A DNA stretch of 38,932 nucleotides, taken from the NCBI GenBank assembly GCA_031763465.1, contig JARFOE010000004.1:12978184-13017115 (forward strand). The letters are read 5' to 3'. Numbering within the stretch: the stretch's first letter is position 1; each line of letters begins with the position of its first letter. Shown here one piece after another: positions 34,141 to 38,932 of the stretch. This DNA comes from Squatina squatina. Lineage: Eukaryota. Position numbers and translations under genes: made by a program. The notes under the pieces were generated by a model. The model was not told the origin of the DNA, ran no database searches, and saw only the letters and a program-made list of their open reading frames with translations.

Positions 34141-34625
34141 CGGCAGCGGTGAAAGGAGGTGGGACTTGTGGGAGCGGGAGCGGCCGGAAAACTTAAAGAG
34201 CGGGGAGAGGAGGAGAACTTCACTCGGTGGCAGTGGCGAGAGGAGGCGGGACCTGTGAGAGCTATCCCCTCATTGAGACCAGCAGCAGAGTTCGAGGTGA
34301 CATCACGATTCAAAAAGTGACGTGAGGCAGCTGATTGGTAAGTAGGATCAGGTGAGTATATCTACTACTTCTACAGTTCAGTAGTTAAAGTGAAAATAAA
34401 GATAAGGACTTTAGTTGTAGTGAGTAGTTTTTAGAGTGAAATAAGGTCCCTAGTGTGAATAATATTCCTTAATTTAGAGTAACTTAAGGGAGTAATTTAA
34501 GGGTAAGACATGGCAAGACAGCTCTGCTGCGTGGAGTGCTCCTCCTGTGCAATGTGGGACGTCACGGATAATTCCAGTGTCAATGGCGAACACGTGTGCA
34601 GGAAGTGTCTGTAGCTGCAGCTACT
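34141..34625 (+). mobile_element. CR1 LINE 5' end: 5'UTR and start of ORF1 (zinc finger)
   Basis: ATG at 34510 opens MARQLCCVECSSCAMWDVTDNSSVNGEHVCRKCL*LQL, a CR1 ORF1-type CxxC..MW..CxKC finger with a premature TAG at 34612-34614. GC-rich repeat units lie upstream. Confidence 0.85.
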
Positions 34626-35764
34626 NNNNNNNNNNNNNNNNNNNNNNNNNNNNNNNNNNNNNNNNNNNNNNNNNNNNNNNNNNNNNNNNNNNNNNNNNNN
34701 NNNNNNNNNNNNNNNNNNNNNNNNNTTGAATGTCTCATACAGACTTACACTGAGTAAAGGGGTAAGAGGGTAGATCTACTTTAATTTTGGGTATGCTTAT
34801 CAATGTGAAGAGATTGGGATTGACATCAACGCAAATAGACCAGTGACCTTTGCCCAATGTAGCAAATCTTGGCCAGTGGCTGGGTGTAAAAATGCCTTTT
34901 GGTATTCATGGAGGTGTCAGCATTTTATTTTTGTATTTAGAAATATCTCCTGCCTCTGAAGCCATATCTCACACAGAGGACTTTGCAGTTTATTTCATTG
35001 ACGGAAATCTTACAGGACTCAGTAAAGTTTTCTTTATTTAAATGTAAGCAATAAATTTCCCCAGAGCTGGCAAAAAAAAATCATTATTGAAAGTGAACAT
35101 TAATGTCCCCTGTGGGTTTCCAATGATATTATTGTATCAGTGGCAGAGGCACGTCGTGTCGCTGCATTGAATCAAGTGAATGTGGTTGTTAATGTAGTTC
35201 ACGGCCTATAATTAGATGTGGTTCAATAGTATAATCGTTACTCAGTGAGAACCAACCAACGTCACTCAAGTAGTACAAGGGTATGGCACTGTGAGCTAGA
35301 TAGAGTACGCCTACATGCACTGCAGGAGGATGTAATAGCCTGAGGGAAACGTCAGATTGAATACATTTCTGAAATGCAAGTTGTAATGGAAATGTGCTTC
35401 TAATAATAATAAATCATGTCCATCATGGCAGAATGAATTGAGTCATTAAGCATATTGGTCTGGATGGGTGTTTGGATAATGAGAGAAAAGTTATAAAATG
35501 TCAAGCAATAAAATAATACATAAATCTATGTGAAACTTTGTATTTTTCTCAGCTTTGTGTATTGTATATATTTAGTCCGAGTAGCAACAACGAGTAAAAT
35601 GATCTTTGCATTTATCAATATGATTNNNNNNNNNNNNNNNNNNNNNNNNNNNNNNNNNNNNNNNNNNNNNNNNNNNNNNNNNNNNNNNNNNNNNNNNNNN
35701 NNNNNNNNNNNNNNNNNNNNNNNNNAATACTACCACAGGTCTGGCCACCACGGGAAGATAATTA

Positions 35765-35875
35765 ACAATATTTGCATTTATATAGCACATTTTCATGTCA
35801 AGATATCCAGACAATGCATTACATTGAAGTTAAGTGATTGTTGTTGTGTAGGTGAATAGACAACCATTCTCCACC
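35765..35875 (-). mobile_element. Older DeuSINE 3' tail fragment
   Basis: ttgcatttatatagcac matches the reverse complement of the SINE tail, followed by decayed tgaagt..agtga.tgttgt. Confidence 0.6.
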
Positions 35876-37371
35876 TGAAATACCTCGTACATGAAATGAA
35901 CGACTAGTTAATTATGGTGGGATTTCTTTTTGTTGCTGCAATTCATTTAGCTATAGTCTCTTCATTATTTAGTCATAGTCATATTCGGTATTGTACAATT
36001 GTACAGATAATACAGCCAATATGGGTCAAAGTAGTTCAGATTTTAAAAATGAACAAGTTGAAAAATTAATAGAATTCTATAGAGGCAATCAGTTAACCAT
36101 TATGAATGCAATAAACAGGCAGCAGTGAAGAAGAACACATACTTGGACAGCAGTAGATGACAATACAATGAACTAGATTGATTATATTTTAGCACAAAAG
36201 ATGGAAGAGCAGAGTCAACAATATTCATACTTATCTGGGGATAGGGTGCATAGTGATCAAAACCTTCTAACGTGTAAATTGAAGATAAATCCTTCATTTT
36301 GTGTGCCTGCTGGGCAGGTTTCACAGTAGAAATAGTCCCAGGTGGGATACATTATCCCAAGTACAGCTGAAATACTATTCTAATCAAATACTTCAAGTAA
36401 TGTGTCCCATCAGGAATTGATTTTACGAGGAAACCTGTTCTCACTGAAGTTCGCAGGCAAACAGGCATCAGCTATACAGGCAGAAAATTATACAACTTTG
36501 CGTTCTCCTTAGCGCAGCAGTACACAATTCAGAATATTGTGTAGAAAACTTGTCATTACTCTTTAAAATAAAATTGAACTCTAATAATAATTCACAAGCA
36601 ATTGAGAAGCTGCAGCAATGTTTCATTTCTGACCTTCACAAAAGTTACTTTGTCCTTCTTGGTACAATTTCATACAGAAACGTTAATCTCCCAAGGCTTT
36701 CAAAACATTCAATCATTTTTTCCCATTTTTGACTCCCTCCTATATGTATANNNNNNNNNNNNNNNNNNNNNNNNNNNNNNNNNNNNNNNNNNNNNNNNNN
36801 NNNNNNNNNNNNNNNNNNNNNNNNNNNNNNNNNNNNNNNNNNNNNNNNNNAAACTTTGGGAATCCTGTGAGCAGTTAAATCGGCTGAAAATTAGTAAAAG
36901 ATAATCAGAACTAATTTTAAATTTCAGAAATTTATTTCAGTCAAATCTAACCAGGCTAACAGGATACAGGAACCAGTGAAGGCTTCCTTCTGAGGCTTAG
37001 TAAGGTCCTCAGACACCCACATATGTTAAGTTTTTGTGCAATATAGATTGTAATTGTAACATAAGAGAATGGTAGATGATAAAATGCATGAGTTTGTTGT
37101 ACAATTACTGTGGCATCTGATGAGTTGTCTCCCTGTGTGAGACCTGGTGATTCAGTCAGCTGTGTAATACAAGAGATAAAAAAAAACTCAATACATCTGT
37201 TTATGAACAGTTTACGAGAACAAGAAAATAAATTACACAGAAGAACATTTACTGACATTTTGTGGACTCATTTTATTCTGACCTAAGCATGTTTATGGGT
37301 CATTTAACAGTCTGATTAGATTTAGCTATTTCCTCTTATTGGACAATGTAAGGCCTCTTAATACAGCACTC

Positions 37372-37500
37372 CTTTCTGATAAAGGTTCTACCTGAAGTGT
37401 TAACCTGTCTTTGCTCTTCTAAGGTAATGATGGATTTGCTGTGTAACCATTTACTAAAGATTTCCAGCATATTCTATTTATATTCAGATTTCTCACATTT
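37372..37500 (+). mobile_element. Decayed Penelope-like repeat with a degenerate minimal hammerhead core
   Basis: ctgata-aaggt-tct-acct-gaagtgttaac is followed by atttccagcatattctatttatattcagattt, similar to the reverse complement of 11401-11473. Confidence 0.55.
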
Positions 37501-37539
37501 TGTCTTCCTGCTCTGCCCTGCAATCATAGTTTGATTCAA

Positions 37540-37576
37540 AGAAACATAGAAACATAGAAAATAGGAGCAGGAGTAG
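37540..37576 (-). mobile_element. CR1 extreme 3' tail
   Basis: agaaacatagaaacatagaaaataggagcaggagtag is the reverse complement of ctactcctgctcctat(tttctatg)n, an 8-bp CR1 tail repeat. It abuts a gap. Confidence 0.85.
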
Positions 37577-38932
37577 NNNNNNNNNNNNNNNNNNNNNNNN
37601 NNNNNNNNNNNNNNNNNNNNNNNNNNNNNNNNNNNNNNNNNNNNNNNNNNNNNNNNNNNNNNNNNNNNNNNNNNNNCCTCATTATTAACCTATCCTTTGA
37701 AAAGCCTCTCTTAAATATTTCTCTTCGCAAATCAACCCATTCCACAGCATCTGCCACTACTTAGCAGCCCAGTTCAGATTTTAACCTAGTACTCACCCTT
37801 ATGCTAAGCCTTGGCATCTACGAGATCTGCCTCCTCCAAGCTTTGCTCCACACAGAGAAAAATATTAAGCTATTAGAATGTTTCCTAATGCTGTCAGCTT
37901 TATTTCTTGTTGCTTGTCATTTAAAAATAATTCTGAAATTAATGCATTTCTCCCAGAAAGATTAATTCAGGAGGAAAAATTGCCCTGAATTCTCCTATTT
38001 ATTAAAGATTCTCTTTCTGCTCTAATGCATTTTGTTCATTATATTGTGCATTGCTGTAGGCCAATGTATCGCCTTGACTTGCTCTTGCCACAGGGTTATT
38101 AATATTAACATATGTTTTAATATTACAATTTGTAATATTTTCAGCCCTATACACTCCTGCACTTTCTATATTAGATTGGTACATGAAATGCCCAGCAGTC
38201 AAATATCAACAAAGAGACAAGACCTTGNNNNNNNNNNNNNNNNNNNNNNNNNNNNNNNNNNNNNNNNNNNNNNNNNNNNNNNNNNNNNNNNNNNNNNNNN
38301 NNNNNNNNNNNNNNNNNNNNNNNNNNNACAGCAGTATTAATGAATAACTGTAACATTCCTGCTTTGAATCTTCTTATCTAGCCTTGCATGTGCACAAAAA
38401 AAAACTTCATGAGATGGATGGGTTATGTGAAAGATAAAGTTCTGAGACTTTGTTCATAGACGCAATGTAAATTTCTTTGTATAACTCTCATTAATTCTCT
38501 TTGGGATATGCTCAAAAGAATATGAATATTTTCTGCCTACTAACCTAATCTTTCATAGCTCTATCCTGCTCATATATATAGAGGTCACCCGCAATGAATA
38601 GCTTAAATTTAAAGCAACACTCACTAAACCAGAACTCAATCACATTTTATTTCTTTTTGAAATGTCCCAGATAAACTCAAAAGCCTTCGGGTTCTGGGTT
38701 TTATTGCAGATAGGATTTTTGAACTTCTACACCACTGCTCATCAAATAAATATTAACCTTTCCAAATCAGTCAGTTGTAGAATAGCTTTTCTCATTTGAA
38801 ACTAAATCTTTGTTATGCTTCACAAATTTCACACTATCGTAGAAACCAAGGCACCATCTTTTTAAGTTCATAGATTTTCTGCCAATTTCTTCCTTTCGCC
38901 TATTATGATAGAGCAGAGTTTCAATTTATTCC

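Overview
This is eukaryotic genomic DNA, almost certainly from a cartilaginous fish (shark or ray), judged by its SacSINE1-type DeuSINEs and its CR1, L2, Tx1 and Harbinger relics. The assembly is heavily gapped: 26 gaps of exactly 100 N, one of 512 N and one of 10 N. The only host coding sequence is at the left edge. Bases 10-177 (+) encode the C-terminal 55 aa of the pseudokinase Tribbles-2 (TRIB2), including ILDHPWF and the COP1-binding DQLVPD motif; this stretch is too short for the supplied ORF track. A probable 3.5 kb 3'UTR follows, ending at an AATAAA at 3695-3700. The remaining 35 kb is non-coding, consistent with a downstream gene desert, and holds decayed transposons, microsatellites and a few candidate conserved non-coding elements. 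None of the listed ORFs looks like a host gene. The most notable points are an in-frame TAA just upstream of the TRIB2 tail (probably a contig-edge artefact), apparently deeply conserved 3'UTR blocks with miR-29 and let-7 seeds, an intron-containing Harbinger Myb/SANT gene relic, hammerhead-type Penelope-like repeats, and a nested Harbinger/CR1/Tx1 cluster at 32.6-34.6 kb. I found no convincing evidence of a new biological system. Comparisons to human TRIB2 and to repeat consensus sequences are from memory and need alignment to confirm.
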